Shown piece by piece: positions 41,684-54,284 of a DNA stretch of 64,000 nt. The notes beneath the pieces were generated by a model that was not told the DNA's origin, ran no database searches, and saw only the letters and a list, made by a program, of their open reading frames with translations. Source of the stretch: Balanoglossus misakiensis (lineage: Eukaryota; Animalia; Hemichordata); contig CM082588.2 of assembly GCA_040954595.2 (NCBI GenBank), positions 10,772,844 through 10,836,843 of the forward strand. The letters run 5' to 3'. A program made the translations under genes and the position numbers. How positions within the stretch are numbered: the stretch's first letter is position 1; every line of letters starts with the position of its first letter.

Positions 41684-42209
41684 CATTGAAACCTGCCAAG
41701 TAAGGGCACCTCTGGGATCACACAACATGTGCTTTAAGGGATACAGGCTCTCTCTCTCGCTCGCTGCCCCTTATTCCATTAATTATATTTGATACAAGAC
41801 ACCATTTATGTTTTTTCTACATGTGGATATATGGTGAATCAATATTCAACCACACACAAAGTCCATCCTGCTTGTGGACATGAGAGTGAAAAAAATCGCC
41901 AAAATGAATAATCAGTCTCTACCATTTATTCGTTTTGGGTGAGTTTTTACTCCCATATCATACACGCGGGATGGAAGTTGTGTATGGTTGAATGTTCATT
42001 CACTACATATACACATGTACATTAACATAAACAGTGTCTTGTATCAAACATTATTAATGGAAAAAAGGGCAGCGAGAGAGAGACTTTGTCCCTTTAAAAG
42101 AGAGGTGTCCTTAAAAGAAATGTGCATGTAATATTCTATTCAAGCCATTACTTTTGTCTTGAACAATCTGTCCTGATTAGAGAGATGTCTGTATTGACAG
42201 GTTTCACTG
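41684..42209. mobile_element. Tc1/pogo-type MITE containing a nested TTAA MITE
   Basis: TA|CATTGAAACCTG...CAGGTTTCACTG|TA. Confidence 0.7.
41738..42093. mobile_element. Kolobok-type foldback MITE
   Basis: TTAA flanks on both sides. Long imperfect inverted arms (CTCTCTCTCGC...GCTGCCCC / GGGCAGCGAGAGAGAGACTTTGTCCCT). A related end occurs at 41277. Confidence 0.65.
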
Positions 42210-43231
42210 TATTATCAACATTTTCAGTTTCATAATCCTTCTGTGTTTGCCAGAGAATTTTGACAGCAGTCAAAAGCTTTCTCTGCCATACCCATAATAA
42301 AAGAAAGCTTGCACCTGTGTTTTACTGTTTTCAAAGGGGAAATCCGGTCCAGCTGATTTTCTACATAATTTGGTAGCTTTGAGGTCACTCTTTCAGAAAA
42401 AAAAACATATTCGTCAAGTATAAGTCGTCAGATATTTTACAAAATCGAGGGAAAGTTGGCAGAATTTATAATATGGCCTTAACTGTAATTTGAATCATGG
42501 GAAAAAAAGCGCCAGGACCAACTTCCATCCACCTTGGTGTGGGTGATACCATTTTCCAATGGGTGTAACTGCGTGACGGCTTGGGTATCTGTTGCTGAGC
42601 AAATATTTGAAATCATACAATCCAGATTCTAAAGTTCACAGGACAAATATACAACATGTTTACATGGCCATTTACAACCAATTCATCCTATTGTGGTGAT
42701 GTACAAAACCTTTTTTGTGGTTTGTTAAAGTTTTCATTACTCTAAATGGGTACTTCCATAAAATGGTAGTAATATATTTATTAATATTTATTACACATCA
42801 CATATTATTATTCGCTCTGGCTTTTTTGTCAAATTTTCAAATAAAAAAGGCAGTTATAACTTTGATGGGACCAAAAAAAGATTTTGCCATAGGATATCAA
42901 AAGGACACTTTCATTGTTTTTATGAACTGTTGTTTTTCTGTTCTATAAAAGATGCAAATTGTTCTACTCCATTTTTGGGTCAAAAAATATTTTCATCAGA
43001 TTGGTTTGAGGGTTAGATGTTGTAGCTAATAGTGTAAAGGCCATGATTGTTTTTGTTCACAAATATATTCAATTACAATGTATCATTATTATGCAGTTTT
43101 ACCAATGTTGAGAGGCTTTCCTTGTCAACTGGCCTGTGTGTATGCATCAAATCCTTCATGTAAAAGGTCAAAGCAGAAAGTATTTCTAACAATGATTAGA
43201 CTAAAGCAGGAGACTTTTGAGGAGAGTTTGA

Positions 43232-43400
43232 GGAGACATCATGGCCTTGTGGTGAGGGCACAGGGTTGTGGGTTCAAGAACCAGACCTGGACATGGCCGT
43301 GGGTTTTGAGGATGGTGACTTCATGACCGCGATATTGTGCCCTTGAGCGCAGCACTTTACCTCTCATTGTTTTGGAGGAACTGGCTTTGTATACTAGTGA
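43232..43400 (+). mobile_element. Degenerate tRNA-derived SINE
   Basis: A-box-like TGGCCTTGTGGT, B-box-like GGTTCAAGAACC, followed by the GTGCCCTTGAGC..GCACTTTACC motif common in animal SINE2s. Confidence 0.55.
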
Positions 43401-43466
43401 TCTGCACCTGTTCCAGTCATTCTATCCTAGGTAGACATATTTTCTTTGTTTGCAATAGATGAATTA

Positions 43467-43656
43467 CTGTCAAACAGGAAATTATTGTGAACTTCGCGAG
43501 AACCAAAAAATGCAAATTAAAAGTCACGTAAAAATGTTTTTCAGGGATATTGGTGCAGTTAGTGAAATATAAGAAAGCAAAATTTAAGTGTAGCATAACA
43601 GTTGTCTCTATTGATATTGCAAACATTTCCTGTCACAGAAATTTCCCGTTTTACAG
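43467..43656. mobile_element. Tc1/mariner-type MITE
   Basis: TA|CTGTCAAACAGGAAATT...AATTTCCCGTTTTACAG|TA (15/17 TIR match). Confidence 0.75.
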
Positions 43657-43691
43657 TATATAAATAAATCAACTAAATATTTTTACTACAG

Positions 43692-43953
43692 GTGCCGCAC
43701 CAACAAGTCATCTGTCACTTGGACAACCAAGTCAAATTGGAAGTCAGTCTCCACAACAACTGTCATCCTCTCAACAGTAATTGACTCAACCAAGTCAGCC
43801 CCAGATGCAGGGCCAAGGTCAAAGGTCATCAATGCCTTTTGGTCAGCCTACCAGTTTACCCAACCAACCAGTATCCGCTGTCACAGCAAACAGGACACAA
43901 CAACCAAATGTGACTGTTTCATTTATCCCATTGAGACAATTTTCATCACCCAG
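43692..43953 (+). pseudogene. Q/P/S-rich exon, probably MED25-like, with premature stop
   Basis: tacag|...|gtacag. Reads AAPTSHLSLGQPSQIGSQSPQQLSSSQQ*LTQPSQPQ... with TAA at 43778-43780 in a Gln context. Its end phase (2) does not match the next exon (0). Confidence 0.6.
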
Positions 43954-44379
43954 GTACAGTTGTGGTCTACCTTCTACTTTATTATATAATAAAATAGCCG
44001 TTTCTAGTTACCCATCCTGTGAATTGAAAGCTTTTTATGACTGTTTCACATAGCCTTGTCTAACCATTATCTTTACAGTTGACTATTGTTTCAAAACAAA
44101 TTCAAAACTTCTGTTTTGGTTGCTAGAAACCCACTCTGTAAATGCTAAGACTTTTTTGGATAATGCCACAGACTCAGTAATCAAATTCAATTTTTAATGT
44201 GATTAATGTTGATAAGCCCTAAAACTCAATCCCATCCAAATGTGTGTTGAAAATAGGACTTTGAGAGTTGCAAGCTCAACATCGAATCAAAAATTGCAGT
44301 CATGAATTAAAAATGGGGTTTTGAATACTGGCCTTGATAATGCTCCATATTAACTAGGTTTGTTAATCTTTTTGGACAG

Positions 44380-44563
44380 GCAACTTCACCTCCAAAGATG
44401 ACTTCCCAGCAGGCACCAGCTGCTGCACTGAAAGCCACAGAGGGTGTCATGCAAATGGCAAATGCTAGTCAGTTCAGTAAGATGCCACCAATTGCTGCTG
44501 TGAATTCTATCAACTCACAGCCACAGGAGAGATGGCCAGGTACAGATTCACAGCCACAAAGAG
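44380..44563 (+). pseudogene. MED25 SD1-like exon
   Basis: ggacag|GCA...AGA G|gtaggt. MTSQQAPAAALKATEGVMQMA loosely resembles recalled MED25 LSAAQVAAQNAVEAAK, and its position is collinear with the other MED25 exons. Confidence 0.5.
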
Positions 44564-44570
44564 GTAGGTA

Positions 44571-44903
44571 CAGTCAAACCTGTCTATACTGGCCAGACAG
44601 GGGACTTTCCTAACTGGCCTTTATAGAAAGGTGGCCTCTACAGTCAGGTCATTTAATGTGCAATGTGTAATATATTGCTATATTATTGTGGGCTTATACC
44701 AGAGTGATTAGACGACACAGGACATGTGTGTACAAACTAGACAGCCATGCTGTTTTTTTATTGCCAACTGCACATGCTCACTCGTTCAGCCTCGTACACT
44801 GCAAATTTATACATAACAGTAAATACCAATACCTAACACAATGTATATGGACTGTAACAGAGTAGCCACTATATAGAGGTGGCACCTAACACGGGTTTGA
44901 CTG
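44571..44903. mobile_element. pogo/Tigger-type MITE
   Basis: TA|CAGTCAAACC...GGTTTGACTG|TA. Confidence 0.75.
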
Positions 44904-45153
44904 TAACATCTGTTATGTTGCCATGGCAGTCATTTACTGTTAATTTGATTATACAGAGGAAAAAATATTCCAGTTCCCTTTCTTATATCCTCATATCAGT
45001 GGCAGAGTACGCCAGTGTCACTGTAAAATTTTGTCGACATTTTTGCTAAGTTAGCTGTAGTAGCTGTTGGCTATTTTTTCTGTATTTTTAATCCAAGGAA
45101 TTAAAGTGAATTCAATGCTTGTAAATAATTTCTAATTTCTTCTTACCCTCCAG

Positions 45154-45276
45154 ATATGAATGAATGTCACAGTGGTGGATATGCATGTCAACACTATTGT
45201 CAGAATACCCATGGTAGTTATCTCTGCACTTGCAGACCAGGATTCTATCTGCTGGAGGATGGCCATGCATGTGCCG
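45154..45276 (+). CDS. Calcium-binding EGF exon 1 (intact reading frame, in a pseudogene context)
   Basis: ctccag|...|gtatgt, 123 bp, phase 1-1. DMNECHSGGYACQHYCQNTHGSYLCTCRPGFYLLEDGHACA has all 6 Cys. Confidence 0.9.
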
Positions 45277-46204
45277 GTATGTAACTGTGGATATTGATAT
45301 CTTCTGTGGCTACATTGTTTGGGGATTGTATATTGCTACGGTTACAATCAGCTAAACACACATCCTGTCTGTCCATTGCACACATTTTAAAATTTGAAAT
45401 CAACCGCACACTCGTACTGAACACATGTTTGTTGAAATTGTATCTCAGAATTTTTCCAATTATAATTATGCATAATATAAACAAATTAACAAATGTGAAA
45501 ACTTATCTTTGAAAATTTGTTTGCAAGGGAGAAAAAGTAATCTGTATTTTAAAAATCAGACAAAGTTTTGCTGACAGGGTACACAAGTTTCAGGGGATTT
45601 TGTTAAAATGAGAATGATAGAGAGTGTTAAAATTCCTAGAAAGGGATCGCCATGGATATTGAGGACTTTGGTGTAAAAACAATTAATTGATCAAGAAATA
45701 TGTGGTTAAGAATATGTGTCATCAACCTCACACGATACTATAAGACTGTCTGATATATTCATGTACAAGTATTTTCACTACTTATTTGCATAATTTAATG
45801 AAATTAGCATAAATTATCAACCTATAGCTAAATAAATTACCTCTGCAAAGAATAAATATACACTTAGAAAATTCATATAGTTTTCATCTCATTTTAAAGA
45901 CATTACAAAATGCTTCTCTGAGGGTACAGTAATTTTTAACGGGTATATTCTTGATAACTCATCACCATGAATGAGCATTTCAAAACTTAACAAGGCCAGT
46001 GTACGAAATAAAGCCTGTCCGACAGTCCGAGACTGGTTGTTTTTCTGTAGGACTGGTAAAAATAAAATGTTACCAGTCCGACAGACAGGTTGAATTTAGC
46101 GTGGGAGTTGACTAGTGGTATCATGGCATCTTTTAGACTTTCCCAGGTTCATGTATTGCAATTAAAAGAAACAATGACTGCTTGATATTTCCTATGAATT
46201 TCGA

Positions 46205-46515
46205 ACACTGACAAGGCATATGGCTAAATAGGATTCAGTGTTTGTGCACCTTCTATCCACAATGCTGGATCTATTGACAGTTTTCAAAGGGGTTTAAAGA
46301 CTCGTCTTTTTATTCAGCACTATTTCATTCCATTGCTTTTTTGGTTTATAGGGATTGTCTTTCAGAACTGTTTCTGTTTGTTTGGGGTTTTTAAGTGTAA
46401 TTTTTTATCCTTTAAGCTTTCACTTGTTTTCTAATTTTATTATTTTCTGTAGAAGATGTATGTGTATTACATTTGTTAGGAAATAAATAATAATAAAATA
46501 AATAAATAATAATAA
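46205..46515 (+). mobile_element. 3' end of an L2/CR1-group LINE
   Basis: FSVCAP...SIDSFQRGLKTRLF C-terminal motif, T-rich UTR and (AAT)n tail. Confidence 0.6.
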
Positions 46516-46531
46516 CTATCTTTGATTTCAG

Positions 46532-46648
46532 ATGTCAATGAATATATGGAGAGAGCAGATCTTTGTGAAGGCCAGTGTGTGAATACAGCAGGCTCTTTTT
46601 ATTTCACTTGTGCTGTGGAATATTGATTGGTCAATGGAGAGTGTACAG
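46532..46648 (+). pseudogene. cbEGF exon 2, disabled
   Basis: tttcag|...|gtaaga, 117 bp. DVNEYMERADLCEGQCVNTAGSFYFTCAVEY*LVNGECT has lost two Cys and has TGA at 46624-46626. Confidence 0.85.
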
Positions 46649-46663
46649 GTAAGATCAACACAA

Positions 46664-47036
46664 TATAGAAATAATGCACGACGCCATGACCATTAATGTT
46701 TGTTTATGGGCAAGGGCGAGGGGAAAGCCAAAAATTCATGGGCGAGGCTTCCGAGCCCATTAATTTTAGCTTAGCTAGAGCCCGAGCCCTGCATTTATTT
46801 CCATTACATTACCAACAATCTCAAGAAAACCGTCAATATTTCTGAAAATGTCCCACACACAAGACTTGGGGCCCCGGAACTTGTGTTATGCAAAATGTTG
46901 TGTTCACTGAACTGTTTGCTAATATTACTATTCAGATTTACGGGCATGTAAACAAACCATTACTGGGTATTTGTGGTCAGTGATGTCGTTCATCTTGACC
47001 AATTAAAATGCGACGCACAGACCACGGTAATATAAT
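46664..47036. mobile_element. Non-autonomous element with an internal hairpin
   Basis: AAATTCATGGGCGAGGCTTCCGAGCCCATTAATTT palindrome, framed by AAATAATGCA/TGCATTTATTT and ATTACATTACC/GGTAATATAAT inverted pairs. Confidence 0.5.
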
Positions 47037-48974
47037 ATGTGGGCAACGAAAGGTCCTGTATCTGTAATTTTTGAATTTTTATTCAGTATTATTCTGGTTG
47101 TCAACGATCATTTCAGCTCGGTGAAGCTGGGTAAGCAATGTTGTTATTGTTTAAACATTGTATTCAAGCCTGTGTCTGGACTTGGATGCAATTTGTCAAT
47201 AATAACAGTGATTGGTAACTGCATGTTTACATAACTGGCTATCTGTTAAAGAGACCATTTGCTGTGTGTACAGTACACATGCCATTGGCCGCTTATGGGT
47301 CAGCCAGTGTTTGCCTGTTAATCTCTCGATGTGTGTTATTCTGTCTGTACAGTCAGATCGCACGGTACTCATTAACATATGTTAATGAGGGAAAGTACTT
47401 CAAACCATGTAGCTGTTAGAGTGGGCCCCGCTGAAGGGTCGCAAAATAGGCCATTTTTTACGCGACATTATAGAGCTGATTTCAGGCGAGGAGGACTGTG
47501 TACAAAATTGAGTATAGACAACTCAGGTTTTAAAGGATGTTTCATCATTTCCACTGTGTCAACGTCACTACATCCTTGCTATGAGAAAAAGCCATCCCTT
47601 GTGTACTTCGTGCTTATCACGGGCAAACAATTTGTTTAAAATCCCTGATTTTGAAATGGTGCAAACATTTCACCAACAAACTAACACACCATTTGCCCTT
47701 ACTCAAGACAGCCTGATTTGTTTGAAATGTTATAAAACATTTGTTGCTTTAGCGGAAAAAGCCAGGTGTAGTATTCAACAAGGCTTAATTATGTCGAGTG
47801 ATATAGCACTTGCTGAAGAAATTAAAAAATATGTCACAATGCTACAATAAAGGATGCAGCTGTGACGACGACTTGGTGAATTTTGCATGCTGGAAAACTG
47901 TTGTCTTTTTAGGAGAAGTGCTCCTCAGAAAACATGCCATTCTATTGTTTGATGTCAGGCAATATTTCAATGATTGTTTAGACAATGAATATCAGACTTT
48001 GCGACCCAATGTCAAGTTACAACGAGTGGAATTCCACAGAAAACCTAATAGCTGGCTTATTCGGGAATTGCTATGTGTGTATTTTCCAATTCACCTTTCT
48101 GTTGTATCAAAAGTGAGTAGAAAGTTCTCCACCTTTTTGTACCGAACAGGTTCAGATCTCACTATTGCCCTCCAAAATGCACTTGTCGAACATCCTCAGT
48201 ATGTTGTGCAAGCTGAGAAACAGATAGAGAGGCTTGAAAAGCAAGTAAGAGACTTGAGTAAAGTTGACGTTGACTTTTTCAAAATGCTTGATTTGGTGGC
48301 TGTGAAATTAAATGCCAGCATTTATCAGCAATCTCAAGAATTCAGTAATTACTGCAAAACAAACAATGTTGATCTGAGTACACTTGATGTTGAATATATT
48401 GTCAGTGAGGTTGACCCTATGTTATGGAACACTGTTGTATATTTAACGTTGAACAACAGTGAACGCAATAAATTAAAAAGCTCCAACTTTGTATGGAATA
48501 AACACAACTATGGATTTTATGACCGGCACTCTATGGAGAGTAGAGCATGATTCCTCAGGCGTTTCTTTTGTGTGTATGCTATTGTTCATTTGTTCTGATC
48601 ATTGTACTTACCCATTGCATACTTACCTGGCTGACATTGTTGAAGGTTATAGTAAGTCATCTACTCTAGTGAAAATTCTAAATTGATTTGGTATTATTTG
48701 TTCTGGAGATACATTGCATAGATACATGTTGGGAGTGATCAACAAAAGAACATCAGCTGATTTCACAGAGGAAAATATTGCAAATAATGCATTTTGTTTA
48801 ACTTCCATTGACAATATTGATAAATCAGCTAAATATGCAGCTGTTAGAGCTGATCCAAAGGACAGAGGTTTCCACGGTACTTCTTATCGAATGGTCCAAC
48901 CAAAATCAAAGTCAATTCTGAACAGTATTGATGATATTGTTTTTGGCAGTCATGACAAACATTCAACTGTCAAA

Positions 48975-49315
48975 GATTTTCAGCTAATCAACATTTATGG
49001 TGATGGAAGGTGCTTTTTCAGGAGCATCTCTGTGAGAAATGATTTTGCATTACGAAATTGTGATCGTCTACTTAATGGACTCCCTTCTGACCCAATTTTA
49101 GCTGACCGAGAGAAAATATTCACAGACAAGTTAAGAGCAGATACAGTAGACATAATGCGTGCCAATCATATATACTTTGAAGGACATATATACACCAAGC
49201 AGAATGATATATTTGCAAGAGGTGATGGTGATGTGTTCTCCAAGACTGAGCCTGTCTGTCTCTTGTACACACCAGACAGGCCAGGTCAACCAGGCCATTA
49301 TGATTTGCTTCTTAA
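48975..49315 (+). pseudogene. OTU-family cysteine protease-like domain in frame within the transposase
   Basis: IYGDGRCFFRSIS (Cys 49011-49013) ... KLRADTV ... VCLLY ... GHYDLL (His 49296-49298), all in ORF 48714..49655. Confidence 0.8.
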
Positions 49316-49580
49316 CAGGCAGTTAATTAAAAGAAAAGATAGTCTGGTGAGTGAAAATGCAAAGAATTCATTTGAACAGTGTCAGGAATTAAACAGTGGC
49401 TTTTGTTCACAAAATACAGTAGACTCTGAAATGAATAAAATGTTGGCCAATTTTCCTTGTGGAAATAATACTAAAATCATGGTTGACAGATCTATCTCAA
49501 AAAATACTGGTACAGGTTTGAGTGCACCTGTGAGTAAAGCCTGTACATTTACGGAGAAAAAATTCAATGATACTGTTCAT

Positions 49581-51294
49581 TTTTTTTTTTTTTTTTATTT
49601 CCATTCATTTAATCTTACATGTATCATAAAGATAAATCGTGTTTTGATGAAATAAATAAATAAATAAATAAATAAAAAATAATACTATATAAAAAGAGAT
49701 TCACCAGGTACATTTGTTTAACAAAATAATTACATCTCAGACGGAAGCAAGGATTTTCTTCCAATAATGGGTGAAATCTAGATTATTATTCCTTTTGAGT
49801 ATTTGGTGCATAAATTGTAGATATCTGTAAAATATATCGAAATTGGTTTTTGCTCTAATGCTGTTAATATCATGTTGTAAATGGACCCATGAAGCGAATA
49901 CACAATACTTTGCAATGGTAATGACAATGTTTACAAATCTATAAAGAGGATGACTGTACATAGTTTTGTAACCAAGAATAATAGTTTCTAAGTCGACCTC
50001 ATGACATATGCCAAGTTTGCTGAGCAAAGCAGATAAACGCTGCCAAAAATCCCCTAAACGTTGACATTTTAAAAATAGATGCTCATAAGAATCAGTTACA
50101 TTTCAAAGACAACATAGATCATTTTTACTAATTTTCCATCTTAAAAGATTGATGCCACATGGCAAAATGTTATGCATAATCTTAAAGTTAAATTCAGCAA
50201 GTTTCCTATCACAACACAATCCAGTCGTTTGGTTAACCCATATAGTTCTCCACTGTAGTGGAGTAGTCATGGTCAAACGACGATTCCATGTATTTTCACA
50301 ATATGGACGAATAAAACGATTTTGCACAAAAATACTGTAAAAAATTTTGAAGTAAGGCGAGACAGATCATTAGGTAAAACAAAAACTTTTCCATTGACAT
50401 GAAGAAAATTCTTTTCTCTACGCATCTGATGCAACTGAGTACCTTTCAACACAGACTTCCATTCTCTGGGAATAAGATTCCGCAACTTCATCCATTCAAC
50501 TATCCAATTTGACTTATTCTCGAGTTTTTGTAACAACAGTGTAGGTGGAAGAAAATCGCCGTTGGTATCGACAATGTCCTGGACATAGATAATATTTGAG
50601 TGAATCCAACCAGGGAAAAAAAGAGTCTTACCATTATCTGAAATGTTGACATTACCCCAGATAATTTGATTACGCACATCTAAATTACTGAGTTTGGAGA
50701 AAGTGACGCAACCACCTTTTGCACTATGCCAAGCTGAAATTACTTGTTTATAGAAAAAGGGAATTCTCTCGAGAAATGGGAAACAGGAAATGTTGCTAAA
50801 ATTGAAATGAAAAATAAGAAAATCTGGACCATAGTGCCCGAGCCAATGCAGTGGCAAGGCCTTCCATTTGGCAGAGGAATTGTCACATAATCTACGAACC
50901 CATGATGAACAAAAGGCGTCATGGATGGCAAAAATGTCAGGCATGTTTAGTCCCCCGCAATCATAAGGGGCAATGAGTGTGAGCCTTTTGATTTTGTCTG
51001 GCTTGTCATTCCACAGAAATTTGAAAATAAGACGGTTGATATTCGTGAGCCACGTTTCAAAAGCACCAAGATTAAGCATAAGGTAGTAAATTGTGGGCAG
51101 TGCCAAAGACTTTAAAACCGTAATTTTGCCATAAAGGCTCAGCTTACGTCGTGACCAGATGTTGAGCACGCTTTTAAGCCTTTCAATTTTCTTTTCCCAT
51201 TTCAAAAGTAGACATTTCAGTCGATCGTATCCAAAGAAAACCCCAAGGGATTTTATAGGCTGTTGCTCCCACATAAAACCCCCAGGTTTATCAT
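49581..51294 (-). mobile_element. 5'-truncated L1/Tx1-clade LINE (post-RT region plus zf-RVT), poly(A) tail, 14-bp TSD
   Basis: IKSLGVFFG..WSRRKLSLYGKITVLKSLALP..FKFLW..GGLNMPD; KLAEFNFKIMHNILP..C..EHLFLKC. T-run from 49581. TSD ATGATACTGTTCAT at 49567-49580 and 51295-51308. Confidence 0.92.
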
Positions 51295-51821
51295 ATGATA
51301 CTGTTCATGATGATGTAGTATTTAATTAAACCACCTCTACTGAGACAACATCAACCACAGTCATCAATTTCGCTGTCAGATTTTGACATTAAACAAGAAG
51401 AAGCCATTGCTTGGTCAGAACTGTTTTCTGACGCATTCATTTTTGCTCTACAAAAAATACAATGCACAGAGCTGATATAGAAACAGTATTTGGGGATTTT
51501 AAATCAACATTAGCAACAACTGCTAACAGTAATGACAGTGAATGCTCAAATGTCATTTATTTGGGCATATCAAGTGAACACGCAGACTCTATTGAAACTG
51601 TCCATAACATTATCAATAAGCTGTATATGTTACATTCAGAGTTGGTGTAAGAATAAAATACCTGGTTGTGGTTGGTGATGGGAAAACTTTCCATCACCTG
51701 ATAAAGTTAAAAGACATGTATGGTGCAGATTTAGACTGGTTGCAGCCTTTTATCGGAGACTGGCATACTCTAAAAAATTACCAACCAGTCATCATGAAAA
51801 TATTCTGGGATGCTGACTTAA

Positions 51822-52617
51822 GATGGGTCCCTGGGATCTTTTTGCTCGTTGCTATGGGCCTTTATAGGACATTACACCCCGATTTGGACTAAGCCGTTTT
51901 CAGAGTCTAACAAGGGGCTGGTAACTAGTTGAAAATCTGCACGATTGTGTGCACACCCCATGTCCGAGTATGTTTACGGCAGCTACCGCCCGGCCATAGG
52001 CCGCCACGCTAATACGGCAAAGCAGCGGTCAGCGATAGCGTGCGCGTCCTGTAACCACAGTAACTGGATCGAACGCTAAAAATCCAATGTTTTGTACACA
52101 GAGATTTTGTACCGTTCACGAAAATCCCTAAGGCTTTTTTCATAGGCCACGTACGCCAGTCAAATTTGACCTGCTTGTTGAGAACGTACTTCCGCACAGT
52201 GTGACGGATCGTTTTTTTCTGTTTTCGTCGTGCTAAGAAGCGATACCGGTGGAAGAGTGCGTCCAAAAACACCCAAAATCAATGACTTTTTCAGATGTGG
52301 TACGGGTATGCTGAAATCGTAGGATACAACGATAATATTCGAAAACAAAATCCGTCACGATCTTCCCTGGTTCAAGCAACTAATGAATACGTATCAAGTT
52401 CGTTTTTGAGGTCACGGAATAAAAAGCCTTAGGCTTTTGAAATTTGACCTAGCTAATTTGCATATCAATGGCGTCAGGGGGCGCGCGCTCACAATCGTGC
52501 AGATTTTCAACTAGTTACCAGCCCCTTGTTAGACTCTGAAAACGGCTTAGTCCAAATCGGGGTGTAATGTCCTATAAAGGCCCATAGCAACGAGCAAAAA
52601 GATCCTAGGGACCCATC
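51822..52617. mobile_element. 796-bp Kolobok-type MITE with ~128-bp near-perfect TIRs
   Basis: TTAA at 51818-51821 and 52618-52621; GA...TC termini; one mismatch between arms. Removing it restores the host frame (DADL|KHLAG). Confidence 0.85.
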
Positions 52618-52950
52618 TTAAAACATCTGGCAGGGTTCAATCATAAAGGGGGAACTTCGGAACCCTAGTTCAGTGTACAAATTTCAAGCTAACTCATCGC
52701 TTCCCAACACAAATTTGGGAACGTATGTTTAGATGTCTTGTCAATTCCTTTTTGAATCAGAGGGGTGAAACCCATAATACCCAGCACTGTCCCTTAGATA
52801 CAGAAACAGTCCAAAAATGTTTACTAGAAGCTGTCACAAAATGTTTGGAATGTACTGAAGATAAAGCTGATCATATTGACAAAATTAATGGTGACCTTAA
52901 GGCTCAACTTACTGGCTTGCAAGAGGAATTTCAGATTTTTTGTGACAGAA

Positions 52951-53565
52951 CATAGTACGATATTTTACCCACAAGTCTCCGTTATTTGTATCATCGAAGG
53001 TTGCCCATTTAATAACTTTTTCTGTTTTAGATACTAACAATGATATGAAGTACATATAAATCTATTTATTTTTATCTAGGAAAAGTACGTTGAGGAATTA
53101 GAATGTAAATTTCAAAATCAAAATTTAAAAGCCATAGAAATCAAAGTATCAATGTACTGCAAATGTCACACTTTAGGGGAAACAAGCAATGACTAACTGA
53201 GGTGGCCAGTCTCTGTTGAAAGTTAACATGTAAATTTCCATTGTTCTGTCAATAGAAAAAATCAATATCTTTTTGTTTGATTAAACAGGTTTTACAAGTG
53301 ACCCTGTTTTACTCCAAACTTTTTTGTATGGCTGGCTATGCAATTGCTTGATTATTTTATAAAATTCGTATCTCCTCTCTCAATAATGCATAATTTTCTA
53401 AATCATTTGAAATGGTAATTGACAATAAGATTCACCTTAAAAGTAAGATCTCAAAATTTATATTAGTGGTGTACAATTCTCTCTACACATGTTAACTTTG
53501 CCTGGTTTGACTGAGTAAATGATTGTACAAATCAGAATGAATCATGGGATATTTCACGTACTGTG
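52951..53565. mobile_element. 615-bp Transib-type non-autonomous element
   Basis: 5-bp TSD CAGAA (52946-52950, 53566-53570); ends CATAGTACG...CGTACTGTG. Removing it restores FCDR|RANTDKTFKFW. Confidence 0.8.
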
Positions 53566-54284
53566 CAGAAGGGCAAATACAGACAAAACTTTCAAATTTT
53601 GGGTTAGATTTATAGAGGACGATTTGTTTGCATACATGTCTTTGTACATTGCAATAAGGTCAGGAAATTGGAACCTTCGAATATTGGCTTTGAAACAAAT
53701 GAACCCACTGTTCCATGCATATGACCGATCCCTGTACTTGAGGTTAATTCCCAGACATCTCGCTGACCTTCTGAAGATGCCAAACTCTCTGTTGTTACAT
53801 TTCAAAGCAGGTGGTTTTGTTTGCAATTTGTCAGGCTCAACTTGGGTTAATGTAGCACTAGATGAAGCCCATGAAATGTGTGTCAATAAAGATGTTAAAG
53901 CTGCATTGCATACTTCTACAGGTGGGTTAATGGAGAGAATAGCAATTTATTTACCCTATAGAGCTATGGCTGCCAAGAATCTAAAAGATCAGTTATTTCC
54001 TTTCCAAAATGAAACCCATAATTCAGTTAGCGTACATAAAATAAATGAGTCAAACTGCAGGTTGTATATCAATTGTCTTGAAGGTGCTGATGTATTTTCA
54101 CCACTTAATACCGCCAGGGAGCTAACTAATATATTTTCAGATGACACAGCGAAAAATAGCGTCAAGGACACTGTGGTCCCATTTGAGGATTATGTAGAAA
54201 CAGTGACACACCAGAATAAAAATTACAGGTGACATTGCAAGCAGATATGATCTTACGATATAGAAATATGGAATGTAAAAACAT

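Noticed and set aside
43097-43170. Possible next MED25 VWA exon (atgcag|T TTT ACC AAT GTT GAG AGG)
   Set aside because: The phase fits, but the expected C..CNSPP motif does not follow and a stop appears.
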